Below are positions 14,690 through 26,095 of a DNA stretch of 64,000 bases, piece by piece. The position numbers were made by a program, and so were the translations under genes. The notes under the pieces were generated by a model. That model ran no database searches and was not told the DNA's origin. It saw only the letters and a program-made list of their open reading frames with translations. The DNA comes from Macrostomum lignano (lineage: Eukaryota): contig NIVC01000109.1 in assembly GCA_002269645.1 (NCBI GenBank), positions 310,001 to 374,000 of the forward strand, read 5' to 3'. Position 1 is the stretch's first letter. Each line of letters opens with the position of its first letter.

Positions 14690-15625
14690 ATCTATCAACT
14701 CCCATCTCTCATCTCTTGCGCCCTGCGCTCTGATTTTTATTTTTACTCTCTTCTTTCTTCTCACTAATTACCCCTTTCTACACTTTCATCTCTCTCATCT
14801 CTGATCTTTCATCTCTATTCTCCCTCTCTCCCCTTCTCTCGCTTCTTTCTCTCCTCTATTCCTACTCTTCTCGCTTATCTCTACTCACTTATCTATCGTC
14901 TCCGCTCTACTTTCTCTCTTCCTTTTTCTCTCTTCTCTCTGCTATCATTTCTCGTATCTCTTATACGCTCTCACCCTCTCCTTTCTTATCTACCATCTTT
15001 CTTCCTTCCTTTCTACTGCATCACCTGTCTCCTCGCCTCTCTTTTCTCTCCTCTCCATTCTCTCTTCTCTCCTCTCATCTTCCCTCATCTCTTCTCTAAT
15101 CTCTAATCTCTCCTCTCTCATATCTCTTCTCTACTCACTTATCTATTCTCTCTCCTCTGCTCCCTTTTTACACTTTCCTATATGCTCTCACTCTCACCCT
15201 CTCCTTTCTTATCTCCTGTTTTTTACACTCCTTTCTACCACCTGTCTCCTCTCGTTTCTCTCCTCTCTGCACTCTCATCTTTACCCTCTTCTTTCTCCTC
15301 ACTACTTTCTTCTCTTAAATCTCTGATCTCTGATCTTTCATCTCTCTCCTCTCACCTCTCTCCTCTCTTTCCTCTCTTCTATTGCCTCTGTACGCTCTTA
15401 TCCCTCTTTTCTTCTCTCTCCTGTCTCCTCTCTGCTATCTCATATCTCCTCTCTCATATCCTCTCCCTTCATCTCCTCTCCCCTCTTCTCTTCTCTCTCC
15501 TTCGTTGCCGCCTTACTCCCCTCTTCTCTCCCGTCTGTCATGTCTAATCTCTCCACTCATTTCTACTCTGTTTTCTATCATCTTATCTCTCTTCTCTTTT
15601 CATTCTTCTCTTTACTCTCTTCTCT
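14690..15625. repeat. CT-rich block of long Helitron unit (preceded by 31-bp tandem GAAGGGGAAGAACTCCCATCACCGGAATTCT x3-4 at 14521-14640)
   Basis: Polypyrimidine tract ending in the same CTGATTGAAGATGCC motif. Confidence 0.85.
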
Positions 15626-17429
15626 AACTGATTGAAGATGCCAAATCCATCAAGATCCTCTCCGCGAAGCAGTCTGTGCAACTGAAAACCATCGAAATCC
15701 TCTCCGTGAAACTGAAAACCATCGAAATCCTCTCCGCGAAACAGAAATCCTGTCCGTGAAACTGAAAACCATTGAAATTCTCTCTTTAAAACTGGACTCA
15801 ATCGAAATTTTCTCCGTCAAAAAGAATAAAATATCATGATTCACTGGTTAGGGTTATTGTTAGGGTTAGGGTTAGGGTTAGAGCTACACACAGCTGCGTG
15901 TCCAAATAAAAAAATTGAAACAATTGAATCAATTGATTGCGCAACCGATTTCTCAGTCAGTCAGTATCAGTCTCAGTTAAAGTTAACAAAAAGATTGCGC
16001 AATTTAAATCAACCCTCCAGTACACAGAGACCGACCCCTTTTCAATACGCAGTGGCAGTTAGAAATTGAACCCCCAACTGTTGGGGGCATTGAACTAAAA
16101 ATGAGTACAATCTTTGCAAAAAGCTAAAAGTATGCAAATAGTTTTTTTATGCTGTGCTTTTAGTCTTTATATTTAAAGCAAACAATTTATATCCTTGAAC
16201 TCAGCGTTGCAAGATCTTTTCAGCAGTATAAGTCTCTTCTCCTAAAGTTTAGAACTCGAAGAGCAGTTAGCATTTGAAAGTTCCCGTTTTAAAGCATTGA
16301 AATATCGAGTGTACGTTCACTGCCTGCCAAAGAGGCTCGCAAGTTTATTCATTAATTACACCGGCCGGCTATTACACAGGGCAGCCTATTGAAAGGCACA
16401 GATAATAAAACAAATTGATGGCGCAACCGATTTCACAGTCAGTCAGTATCAGTCTCAGTTAAAGTTAACAAAAACATTGCGCAATCTAAATCAACCCTCC
16501 AATACACAGCAGCTGTGAGAAGTTAAACCCTCCCCCAACTTTATCTATTACGTCTCGCAAAACTGAGTACAATCTTTGCAGCAAGTTAAAAGTATGGAAA
16601 TCGTTTTTTAAATTATGTGCTTTTTCTTTTCATATTTAAAGCAAACAACTTATATCCCCGAACTCAGCGTTGCAAGATCTTTCCAGCAATATAAGTTTCT
16701 CTTTTCAAAGTTTAAAACTCGAGGAACAGTTAGCGCTTGAAATTTACCGACTGCTTGCCTGACAGACTCGCAAGTTTGTTCATTGAATTTCACTGCCCAG
16801 CTAATACACAGGGCCGATAATAAAACCAATTGAATCTCGGCACAGTTTTATCTGTTCACAACAGCTATGTACACTCAGCCCAAGCCCAACCCCCCGTTCC
16901 GGGGGAATCATTAAATTTAACCCAACCCCCCGACACGCGGGGGATTTTATTTGCATTGAACGCAGAACACGCGCACCCACCACCCCTCAATACACAGCGG
17001 CCCGCGGGCGGAGGTTGGGGTGGCTATTTTTACAAACTGGCTGCAGCCCCAGGCAGAGTAGCAAAAGAAGGTTATTGGGGGTCAAAAAGGCAGTTTTCTG
17101 CTTTTTTGAGGATCTTAAAAATTAAAATTTCAGAATTAAAATAGCCTATAGCCGACCTCGGATAATTTCCAATCTTCCCATATAAGTTTCAACGCTGAGT
17201 TGCCACTATTCAAGGAGGAGTTGTCGAAATGACAGACACACAGACAGACATACAGACAAACAACACGTCAACTTTAGTATTAACGAGTGGAACTCCTCCT
17301 TCGGAGGAGAAAGGGGAAGAACTCCCATCACCGGAATTCCATTCCCTGAAATCCATCAGCTGAAACTCCACTTGAATCCCATCTTCCAAATCGTCTCCAA
17401 ATTCTTTACAAAATCTTTGAAAGACCATA

Positions 17430-18450
17430 GCTCAAAGACTCTCACGTCTCTCATATCTCCTCTCTCTTCTATTCGCTATTATCGTGACTCTCTTCTCTCT
17501 CCTCTCTCTCATCTCATCTCTACCCGTACTCCCTTATTTATGTTTTATCCCTCGTCTTTCGTCTGTACCCTCTCCTGTCTCTTGTCTCCTCTCTTCTCTC
17601 ATATCTCTCCTCTTCACTTCTGTCTCCTGTCTTCTCTCTTCTCTCTTATCTCTCCCTCTTCTCTCCTCTTTTATATGTCATCCCTATTCACTTATCTATC
17701 GTCTCTCTTAACCCTCTCTCTCTTCTCTTTTCTTTCCTCTCTGCTCTCATTTCTCATATCTCATATACGCTCTCACACTCCACTTACTTGTCTCCAATCT
17801 TTCTTTCCTCCTTTCCACTTTTCCCTGTCTCTTCTCTTCTCTCTTTTCTATCCTCTCCATTCTCTCTTTTCTCCTCCCCTTGCTCCTTTTATCTTCTCCC
17901 CTCTCTTCTCTAATCTCTTCTCTCTTCTCTCTTATGTTCTCACTCATCTCTTTTTATCGCATCTCTCATCTCTCCTCTCCTCACTACTTTCCTCTCTTAA
18001 CTCTCTTATCTATTTCATCTCTCTCCTCTCTCCTCTTTCTCTTCTCCTCTCGCTTCTTCTCTCGCTTCTCTCTCCTATCTCTCCTCTCATCTCTACTACC
18101 GTATTTATATCTTCTAACTGGTCCTTCGTCTCTACTCTCACCTTTCTCCTTTCTCCCCTCTTTTCTCCTTTCTTGTCTCTCCTGTCTCCCCTCCTCTCTC
18201 ATCCCTCATCCCCTCATCTCACTCTTTCTTTCTCCTCTACTCTCCCCTCTCTTCTATTTTCTCTGTACGCTCTTATCCCTAATCTATTTTCTCTCCTCTC
18301 TCCTCTTTTCTTCTCTCTCCCTCTTCGTTCCCGCCTAAATCCCCTCTTCTTTCCAATCTGTCATGTCTAATATCTCCACTTATTTCTACTTTGTTTTCTA
18401 TCATCTCATCTCTCTTCTGCTTTCATTCTTCTCTTTACTCTTTTCTCTGA
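17430..18450. repeat. CT-rich block of long Helitron unit
   Basis: Homologous polypyrimidine tract. Confidence 0.9.
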
Positions 18451-21326
18451 CTGATTGAAGATGCCAAATCCATCAAGATCCTCTCCGCGAAGCAGAAATC
18501 CTGTCCGTGCAACTGAAAACCATCGAAATCCTCTCCGTGAAACTGGACTCCTTCGAAATCCTTTCCGTGAAACTGAAAACCATCGAAATTCTCTCTTTTA
18601 AACTGGACTCAATCGAAATTTTCTCCGTCAAAAAAATAAATATCAGGATTCATTGGTTAGGGTTATTGTTAGGGTTAGGGTTAGGGTTAAAGCTACACAC
18701 AGCTGCGTGTTCAAATAAAAATTGAACCAATTGAATCAATTGATTGCGCAACCGATTTCTCAGTCAGTCAGTATCAGTCTCAGTTAAAGTTAACAAAAAG
18801 ATTGCGCAATCTAAATCAACCCTCCAGTACACAGAGACCGACCTCTTTTCAATACGCAGTAGCAGTTAGAAATTGAACGCCGAACTGTTGGGGGCATTGA
18901 ACCAAAAAATGAGTACAATCTTTGCATAAAGCTAAAAGTATGGAAATAGTTTTTTGATGCTGCTCTTTTAGTCTTTATATTTATAGCAAACAATTTATAT
19001 CCTCGAACTCAGCGTTGCAAGATCTTTTCAGCAGTATAAGTATCTTCTCTTAAAGTTTAGAACTCGAAGAGCAGTTAGCGTTTGAAAGTTCCCGTTTTAA
19101 GGCATTGAAATATCGCGTGTACGTTCACTGCCTTCCAAAGAGGCTCGCAAATTTATTCATTCATTACACAGGCTGGCTATTACACAGGGCAGCCTATTGA
19201 AAGGCACAGATAATAAAACAAATTGATGGCGCAACCGATTTCACAGTCAGTCAGTATCAGTCTCAGTTAAAGTTAACAAAAACATTGCGCAATCTAAATC
19301 AACCCTCCAATACACAGCAGCAGTGAGAAGTTGAACCCTCCCCCCAACTTTATCTATTACGTCTCGCAAAACTGAGTACAATTTTTGCAGAAAGTTAAAA
19401 GTATGGAAATAGTTTTTTCAATGCTGTGCTTTTTCTTTTCATATTTAAAGCAAACAATTTATATCCCTGAAATCAGCTTTGCAAGTTCTTTCCAGCAATA
19501 TTAATTTTTTCTCTCAAAGTTAAAAACTCGAGCAACAGTTTGCGTTTGAAACTTTCTGATTTAAAGCATTGAAATATCAATTGTACGTTCACTGCCTGCT
19601 AAAGAGGCCCGCAAGTTTATGCATTGAATTTCAAGGTTCAACAAAATCACAGGGCTGCCTATTGAAAATTAGAACACAAATCTTTGCGCAATTGTCTATA
19701 AAGTAAGCCGGTGAGCCAGGGTCCGATTGTACACATGCAGCCACTGAGAACGCTCCCACCCCCCACTGGAAAGAAAATACACTACAGAGATAGGGAAAAG
19801 TTGTGGCGCAATCACTAAAAATTCCTGCATTTTTCAGCTCCAAGCAGAAAGAGGGGACAATTAAGATTATCAAAGGTCAAGATTCAAGTTTTCTGCTTTT
19901 TTGAGGATCTTAGAAATTAAAATTTCAGAATTAAAATAGCCTATAGCCGACCTCGGATAATTTCCAATCTTCCCATATAAGTTTCAACGCTGAGTTGCCA
20001 CTATTCAAGGAGGAGTTGTCGAAATGACAGACAGACAGACAAACAACACGTCAACTTTAGTATATACGAGGCCAACTCCTCCTTCGGAGAAGAAAGGGGA
20101 AGAACTCCAATCAGCGGAATTCCATTCCCTGAACTCCATCAGCGGAATCCCATTTTCCAACACCTCTCCGCGCAACAGAAATCGTCTCCGTGAAACTGAA
20201 CACTATCGAAATCCTCTCCGTGAAACTGAACACCATCGAAATATTCTCCGCGAAATAGAAATCCTCTCCGTGAAACTGGACTAAATCGAAATTTCTACGT
20301 CAAACAGCCCAGCTCTCAGAATTCATTGGTTAGGGTTAGGGTTAGAGCTACACACAGCTGCGTGTTGAAAGGCTCCATAAAAACATTGAACCAATTAAAT
20401 TGCGCAACTTATTTCTCAGGCAGTCAGTATCAGCGTCGGTTAAAGTTAACAAAAAGATTGCGCAATCTAAATCAGCCCTCCAATACACAGCAACCGACCC
20501 CCTTCCAATACGCAGTGCAGCTAGAAATTGAACCCCCCTACCAACTATTGGGGGGGGGGTCGGTCGAACCCCCATTGAACTCCAAAATGAGCAAAATCTT
20601 TGCAGAAAGCTAAAAGTATGAAAATCTTTTCTTGAATGCTGTGAATTTAATTTTCATATTTAAAGCAAAAAACTTATATCCCCGAACTCATCGCAGCAAG
20701 ATCTTTCCAGCAATAAAAGTCTCGTCTCTCAAAGTTCAAAACTCGAGCAACAGTTAGTGTTTGAAACTTTCTGATTTTAAGCATTGAAATATCGAGTGTA
20801 CGTTCACTGCCTGCTAAAGATGCTCGCAAGTTTATGCATTAAAATGCACTGAATTTCACTGTGCAAAAAATACACAGGGCTTCCTGTTAAAAAACAGAAC
20901 ACAAATAGTTGCGCAATTGTCTATAAAGTCAGTCAGTGAGCCAGGGTTCCAGTGTACACACGCAGCCACTGAGAACGCGACCATCCCCCACTTGAGAGAA
21001 AATACACTGCCAAGATAGAAAAATTTTATGGCGCAATAACTAAAATTGATGCAAATTTTCAGCTCCAAGCAGAAAGAGGGGACAATTAAGATTATCAAAG
21101 GTCAAGACCGCCATTTTCTGCTTTTTTAGGGATCTTAAAAATTGAAAATGAAAGATTAAAATAGCCTAAAGCCATCCTCGGAAAATTTGCAGTTTTCCCA
21201 TATAAGTTTCAACGCTGACTTGCAAGTATTCTAGGAGGAGTTATCCAACAAACACACACACACACAGACAAACAACGCACCAACTTTAGTATTAAGAGAG
21301 ATAGATAGATAGATAGATAGAGAGGA

Positions 21327-21762
21327 CTAGCTAATTAGAGCAGGCTGCCAGCAGCCAGAATAATTTTTTATTGCCCCCCTTTAAGTGGGGTCCCGTGAGT
21401 TTTCTTATCAGTTGGCTCTGGCGCAACCAATTAAAATTGGCAGTGAAGTTTCTGGCTGATAAAATTTGCATTGAAAAAGGCCATTTAAAACAGTTTTTCG
21501 AATATTTAATCCCTTTAGCATTGAAGCAGAGTAAAGAAATTTTAACTGTCTTCTTTCCAGACAATTTTGAATCTTTTGGCGAAAACGCGATCAAAATCGG
21601 TCGAGAATTGCAATCTCTAGAGCGTTATGGACAAACATACAAACAAACAAATATTAGAGATTTAGTATATTTAGATAGAAGGTTTCTATACGCTCGTAGA
21701 TAGGTAGGTACATAGTTTTGATTTTTTGTATATTTAGAAGTTTTCATTGTCAGTATATCTGA
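21327..21762 (-). mobile_element. Short non-autonomous Helitron (different family)
   Basis: 3' end: GGCTGC-TG-GCAGCC hairpin (21343-21356) 12 nt before CTAG (21327-21330). 5' end: TCAGATATAC, with a (TTTG)n microsatellite inside. Confidence 0.7.
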
Positions 21763-22029
21763 CTAGCAATCTAGTACGGCCCCCCTTCGGGGCGCCGAAT
21801 AAGCAAGGAGCTAAAATAGTTCATGGAAAACAATTAAAAAAGCACATTTTCTTAAGAACCAATTCCTTCTTCACTTTTAAAAATCACCTTTTTCGTGTAA
21901 AATTTTCACGGACAATATGTTTACTATGAATCACTTTTTCTCTAAAAGTAACAAACAGACAACAAAATATAGCTCCCTCTAAATAAAAAATATTCCCAAG
22001 ACAGCATGCACCCCCCTCCAAAAGTAAGC

Positions 22030-22630
22030 AACCGCAGATAGCAAGCATCCCCTAATGCTCATAGCAAGCATCCCCCAGATAGCAAGCATCACTCTAGATA
22101 GCAAGCATCTGTAGACAGCAAGCATCCCCTGATAGAAGCATCCATCCAGATTGCAAGCATCCTGCAGATAGCAAGCATCCCCCAGATAGAAGCATCCACC
22201 CAGATAGCAAGTATTCTGCAGATAGCAAGCATCCCCCCAAATATTATTGAAGCATCTACCCAGATAGCAAGCATCCTGTAGATAGCAAGCATCCCCTAAA
22301 TATTGTAAAAGTATCCACACAGATAGCAAGCATCCTGCAGATAGCAAGCACCCCCCAGATATGATAGAAGCATCTACCCTGATCGCAAGCATCCTGCAGA
22401 TAGCAAGCACCCCCAGATAGAAGCATCTACCCAGATAGCAAACATCCTACAGATAGCAAGCACCCCTCAAATATTATAGAAGCATCCTGCAGATAGCAAG
22501 AATCCCTAAATAGCAAGCATCCCTGGATAGAAATGATCCCATACATGTAACCAGTACCCCCCCTCCCAAATAGCAAGTACCCCCCTCGAGAGCAAGCATC
22601 CTCCAGATAGCTAGCATCCACGAGACAGCA
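22030..22630. repeat. ~16-17 bp minisatellite GATAGCAAGCATCCCCCA (also 23895-24225 and 33745-34150)
   Basis: Visible tandem periodicity. Confidence 0.9.
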
Positions 22631-22744
22631 AGTAGCTAGTGCAAATTTTACCTTTTAATGCAAGATTAATGCAATAATTGCTTTCTCAGGTTGTGCAACA
22701 ATTCACGTCTCAGCGAGCGCAATAATCAGCTTCTCAGCTAGTAC

Positions 22745-23010
22745 AATAATCCTTGGCTTATCAAGTGCAATAATCCTTGACTTATCAAGTGCAATAATCC
22801 TTGGTTTGTCAAGTGCAATAATCCTTGGCTTATCAAGTGCAATAATATTTGGCTTATCAAGTGCAATCATCCTTGGTTTATCAAGTGCAATAATCCTTGG
22901 CTTATCAAGTGCAATAATTGTTGGTTTATTAAAAGCAATAATCCTTGGTTTATCAAGCGCAGTAATCTTTGGTTTATCAAGTGCAAAAATTCTTGGTTTA
23001 TCTAGCGCCA
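22745..23010. repeat. 24-bp minisatellite ATCAAGTGCAATAATCCTTGGTTT
   Basis: Tandem periodicity; larger copy at 31395-32300. Confidence 0.9.
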
Positions 23011-23087
23011 TAATCCAGGTCTTTTTAATTACTCCTTTAATAAAAGCTTTCTATAAAAAATTGATGCTACTTAGATTATTTTATATA

Positions 23088-23150
23088 CTACTAAGATTCG
23101 AACCCAGGCTGCTGCATTAGCAGTCCAGTGTGTTCACTTCTAGGCTAGCT
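23088..23150 (-). pseudogene. tRNA-derived segment (GCT anticodon loop, Pol III B-box) inside Helitron body; copies at ~32378-32440 and ~35155-35215
   Basis: TAGCCTAGAAGTGAACACACTGGACTGCTAATGCAGCAGCCTGGGTTCGAATCTTAG: A-box-like start, GGACTGCTAAT as in tRNA-Ser(GCT), T-arm CTGGG-TTCGAAT-CTTAG. No good acceptor stem. Confidence 0.6.
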
Positions 23151-24250
23151 CTCATTGAATTTATAAATGAATTTGTAGCACTTATAATTCACGCACTCAC
23201 GCCAAGGAGATGCACTCACGCCAAGTCAATTCAGTAAAAGTTACACGAAGCAGTTATGACATAATCAATTTCTTAGGCAAGTCAGTACCAGTCTATTAAA
23301 GTCAGCAATGTGGTTACGCAATATAAATCAAGTTATTGTGCTATGCTTCCACACTGCGTTTTTAATACTGTGACGTAATTCAATTCAGTGTCAATATTCA
23401 GCCAGTTCACAGACGATAAATAAAAAGCCTATTGTGATGCAATCTATTTCAGAATCAGAATTCAACCAGTCAGTTTTTTCTCTAGCATTCTTACAATGCA
23501 TTTCAAGTCGAAAGAGCTGCTTGACCTTTGCAAAAAAGCATGTTTTTCGAATATTTAATCCCTTTAGCATCAAGCAATTTCTTAGCCACGATGCATGTAC
23601 CGTCACGGAAAAATTTCTGATTGTTCGATCAGAAATTTTTCCGTGAAAGTCCAGAGATTGTGCAAGTTCGAAGAAAATCGGTTGAGCCGTTTTTTGCTAA
23701 AATTGATCATGCACACACACACAGACAACACAAACTCCTTCTTCACTTTTAAAAATCACATTATTCATGTAAAATTGTCACGGACAATGTTATTTGCTAT
23801 GAATCTCTTTTTTTCTAAAATTAACAAACAAACAACAAAATATAACTATCACAAAGATAAAAGACATTCCCCCTAAATAGAAAATTTTCCCAAGACAGCA
23901 AGCATCCCTCCAGATAGCAAGCACCCCCTCCAAAAGTAAGCAACTGCAGATAGCAAGCATCCCCTAATACTTGTAGCAAGCATCCGCCCAGATAGCAAGC
24001 ATCCACCCAGATAGCAAGCATCTGAAGATAGCAAGCATCCTGCACATAGCAAGCACCCCCTCCAGATACCCTCATATTGTAGAAGCATCGACCCAGACAG
24101 CGAGCATCCCCCAGATAGCAAGCGTCCCGCAGATAGCAAGCATCCCCCAAATATTGTAGAAGCATCCACCCAGAAAGAAAGCATCCTGCAGTTAGCAAGA
24201 ACCACTAAATGGCAAGAATCCCTAGATAGAAAGAATCCCATACATGTAAC

Positions 24251-24959
24251 TGTTGTGCCCGGGTGCACTTGCACCGATGAGCAATCTCTGGCTCTCGGTC
24301 AAGTGCGCCCGGCACTGCACTCCCACCCCTCCTGGCCGTGTGCCTGCGCCACCCCCCCCCCATTCTGTTTGTGTCAACCCCCCATTTCTGCCTGCGCTAA
24401 CCCCCCCCCCCCAGTTGTGTATCAGCTCTTATGCTCTACCCCCTTTTCTTTATGCGTACCCAGCCGGATTGGCTGGTCTGGCCCCTCTCTCCCCCTTTTG
24501 TTAGCCCTTGTCAATTGGTGATTGGCCAATAAGTTGGGTTTTGATAATGCTGTCTGGCGTGAGACCCTAGGGCTTACGCCAGACAGTCCAAATAAATAGA
24601 GAATTGCTGGCGGTGGGCAGGGCGAGCGCGCTTGTGGACGCCTGACACTAGACTACTCTTCAGAACCTACAAACTTCAACAGCAAGAATCTCAGTTCTAC
24701 AAATTGACGAATTCGCTGCCTTGCCCATCGTCGAGCAGATTGGAAATCAAAGTAAGACCTGCGCCTGCATTCATTACTCATTTGGGCCTCGTGCGAAGTG
24801 GGTACTGTACACCTCAGGGACGGACTGACTACCTTACCTCGACGCGACCCCACGCTCAGTTACGGAGTCAGTCCGGTCAGTGGGCTGACGCCATCTCCAG
24901 GCTCGATCACTGCAGAGCGTTCTTAGGGGGCTGTTTCGATCACGTGTAGTGACACAACA
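24251..24959 (+). repeat. 5' LTR
   Basis: TGTTGTGCCC...GACACAACA; matches 30685-31391. Confidence 0.95.
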
Positions 24960-24960
24960 C

Positions 24961-24978
24961 TGGTGCCGTGACCAGGAT
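24961..24978 (+). promoter_or_regulatory. Primer-binding site, tRNA-His type
   Basis: TGGTGCCGTGACCAGGAT begins 1 nt after the LTR and is complementary to a ...GUCACGGCACCA tRNA 3' end. Confidence 0.85.
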
Positions 24979-25126
24979 TTAGGAGTTTAGTTTACTGTAA
25001 CCTGGGTTGTACGTTATTTGTTAGCAGCTTGCGCGCCTCTTAGATCTATGCACTGTTAGTCTGTCTCCTTCTCTATCCCAGTCAATCTCTTAGTCTTTTC
25101 TTCCTGAAGTTGTCTTTCGAATCCCG

Positions 25127-26095
25127 ATGGCCAACGTTGACGACCTCATCAATGCGCTTACAGCTAGAGTGCAGAATAATTTGAACGTAGGGCAAAGAGT
25201 GCCCCGACCATCCAAGTTTGTGCTGAGTCAGGATTTTGCTCTGTGGATGCAGCAGTTTACAGCGTATTGTGAGGCTGCAGAAATCCCCGAGGAAGATAGG
25301 AAGCAGCACCTACTTAGTATGATGGACTTCAACTCAGCTTACCGAGCCATTGCCAACCTTGAGTTACCGGACGATCTAGAGTTTGACGATTTTGTTGAGC
25401 GCCTTTCACAGCGGTTTAATCAGCATCACACCCCACAGGACAGTAAGATCGAACTGAGGGGTCGGGACCAGAAGAAGGATGAATCTGTGGAAGATTATGC
25501 CGACGCTCTTCGAGAAATTGTCCGCCGGGCCTACCCAAACCTGCCGGTAGAACAGAGAGATGAGCTAGCAAGAGACCGGTTCCTGCTAGGTGCCAGAATC
25601 GCCGATAGAATTCGTGAACACTTGCTATTGGAGGAACCGGGTACCCTCGACGCAGCTTGTAGGCGTGTAAGACAGGGTATGGCATCCCTCCGCACAGCTC
25701 AATCGAGCACTGAGAAACCTTGGCCCTCAGCGAACGTATCCGCAAGTAACACGCAAGATGAGGCAGTCAGGCTCCGCGAAGAGCTGAAAGAACTGAGGGC
25801 GGAGCTGCAAGTCCTGAAGGCTGGATCGGGAACTGGAGTCCGCTATCATAAGCACCCTAATCCCCAACCTGCCCAGGCTGCAGCACCAGCTCAGAGAACT
25901 TTCCAGTGTGGTCGCTGCCTCGAGACCACCCACACGACCCAGCAATGCAGAAATCCTATAGTTTGCAATTACTGCAACCGGTCCGGTCACAAACGGGCTA
26001 GGTGTTTTAAACTGCAGAGAGACCAGCAGCAGACGGGAAACGGTCAGGGGACCTGGAGGCAGGGCCGCCCAGGCACCCACCCGAACCAGCAGTAG
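25127..26095 (+). CDS. gag: Gypsy Gag (capsid + two CCHC-type zinc knuckles)
   Basis: 322 aa; QKKDESVEDYADALREIVRRAYP capsid motif; CGRCLETTHTTQQC and CNYCNRSGHKRARC. Confidence 0.93.
   Translation: MANVDDLINALTARVQNNLNVGQRVPRPSKFVLSQDFALWMQQFTAYCEAAEIPEEDRKQHLLSMMDFNSAYRAIANLELPDDLEFDDFVERLSQRFNQHHTPQDSKIELRGRDQKKDESVEDYADALREIVRRAYPNLPVEQRDELARDRFLLGARIADRIREHLLLEEPGTLDAACRRVRQGMASLRTAQSSTEKPWPSANVSASNTQDEAVRLREELKELRAELQVLKAGSGTGVRYHKHPNPQPAQAAAPAQRTFQCGRCLETTHTTQQCRNPIVCNYCNRSGHKRARCFKLQRDQQQTGNGQGTWRQGRPGTHPNQQ

Larger units (their letters stand above)
2843..21326 (-). mobile_element. Head-to-tail array of 10 non-autonomous Helitron units (six of ~1.2 kb, four of 2.5-3.1 kb)
   Basis: Junctions near 2843, 4032, 6490, 7719, 8945, 10166, 11377, 14495, 17283 and 20067. 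Each reads (minus) hairpin CTCCTCCGAAGGAGGAG or CTTCTCCGAAGGAGGAG + 5 nt + CTCG, joined to T(C)TTAATAC/TATATAC and a (CTGT/ATGT/GT)n microsatellite. Internal ~24-bp CGAAATCCTCTCCGTGAAACTG repeats and TTAGGG tracts are present. Confidence 0.8.

Noticed and set aside
4121-18370. Ser/Leu-rich 150-330 aa ORFs that look like membrane proteins
   Set aside because: Translations of CT-rich blocks, which cannot contain stop codons on that strand; frames are not conserved between copies.
23088-23150. Functional tRNA-Ser gene
   Set aside because: No acceptor stem, weak D-arm and no long variable arm; kept only as a tRNA-derived relic.
26005-26012. TTTAAAC as the gag-pol slippery site
   Set aside because: Not in the required phase of the gag frame, and the -1 frame has TAA at 26008-26010.
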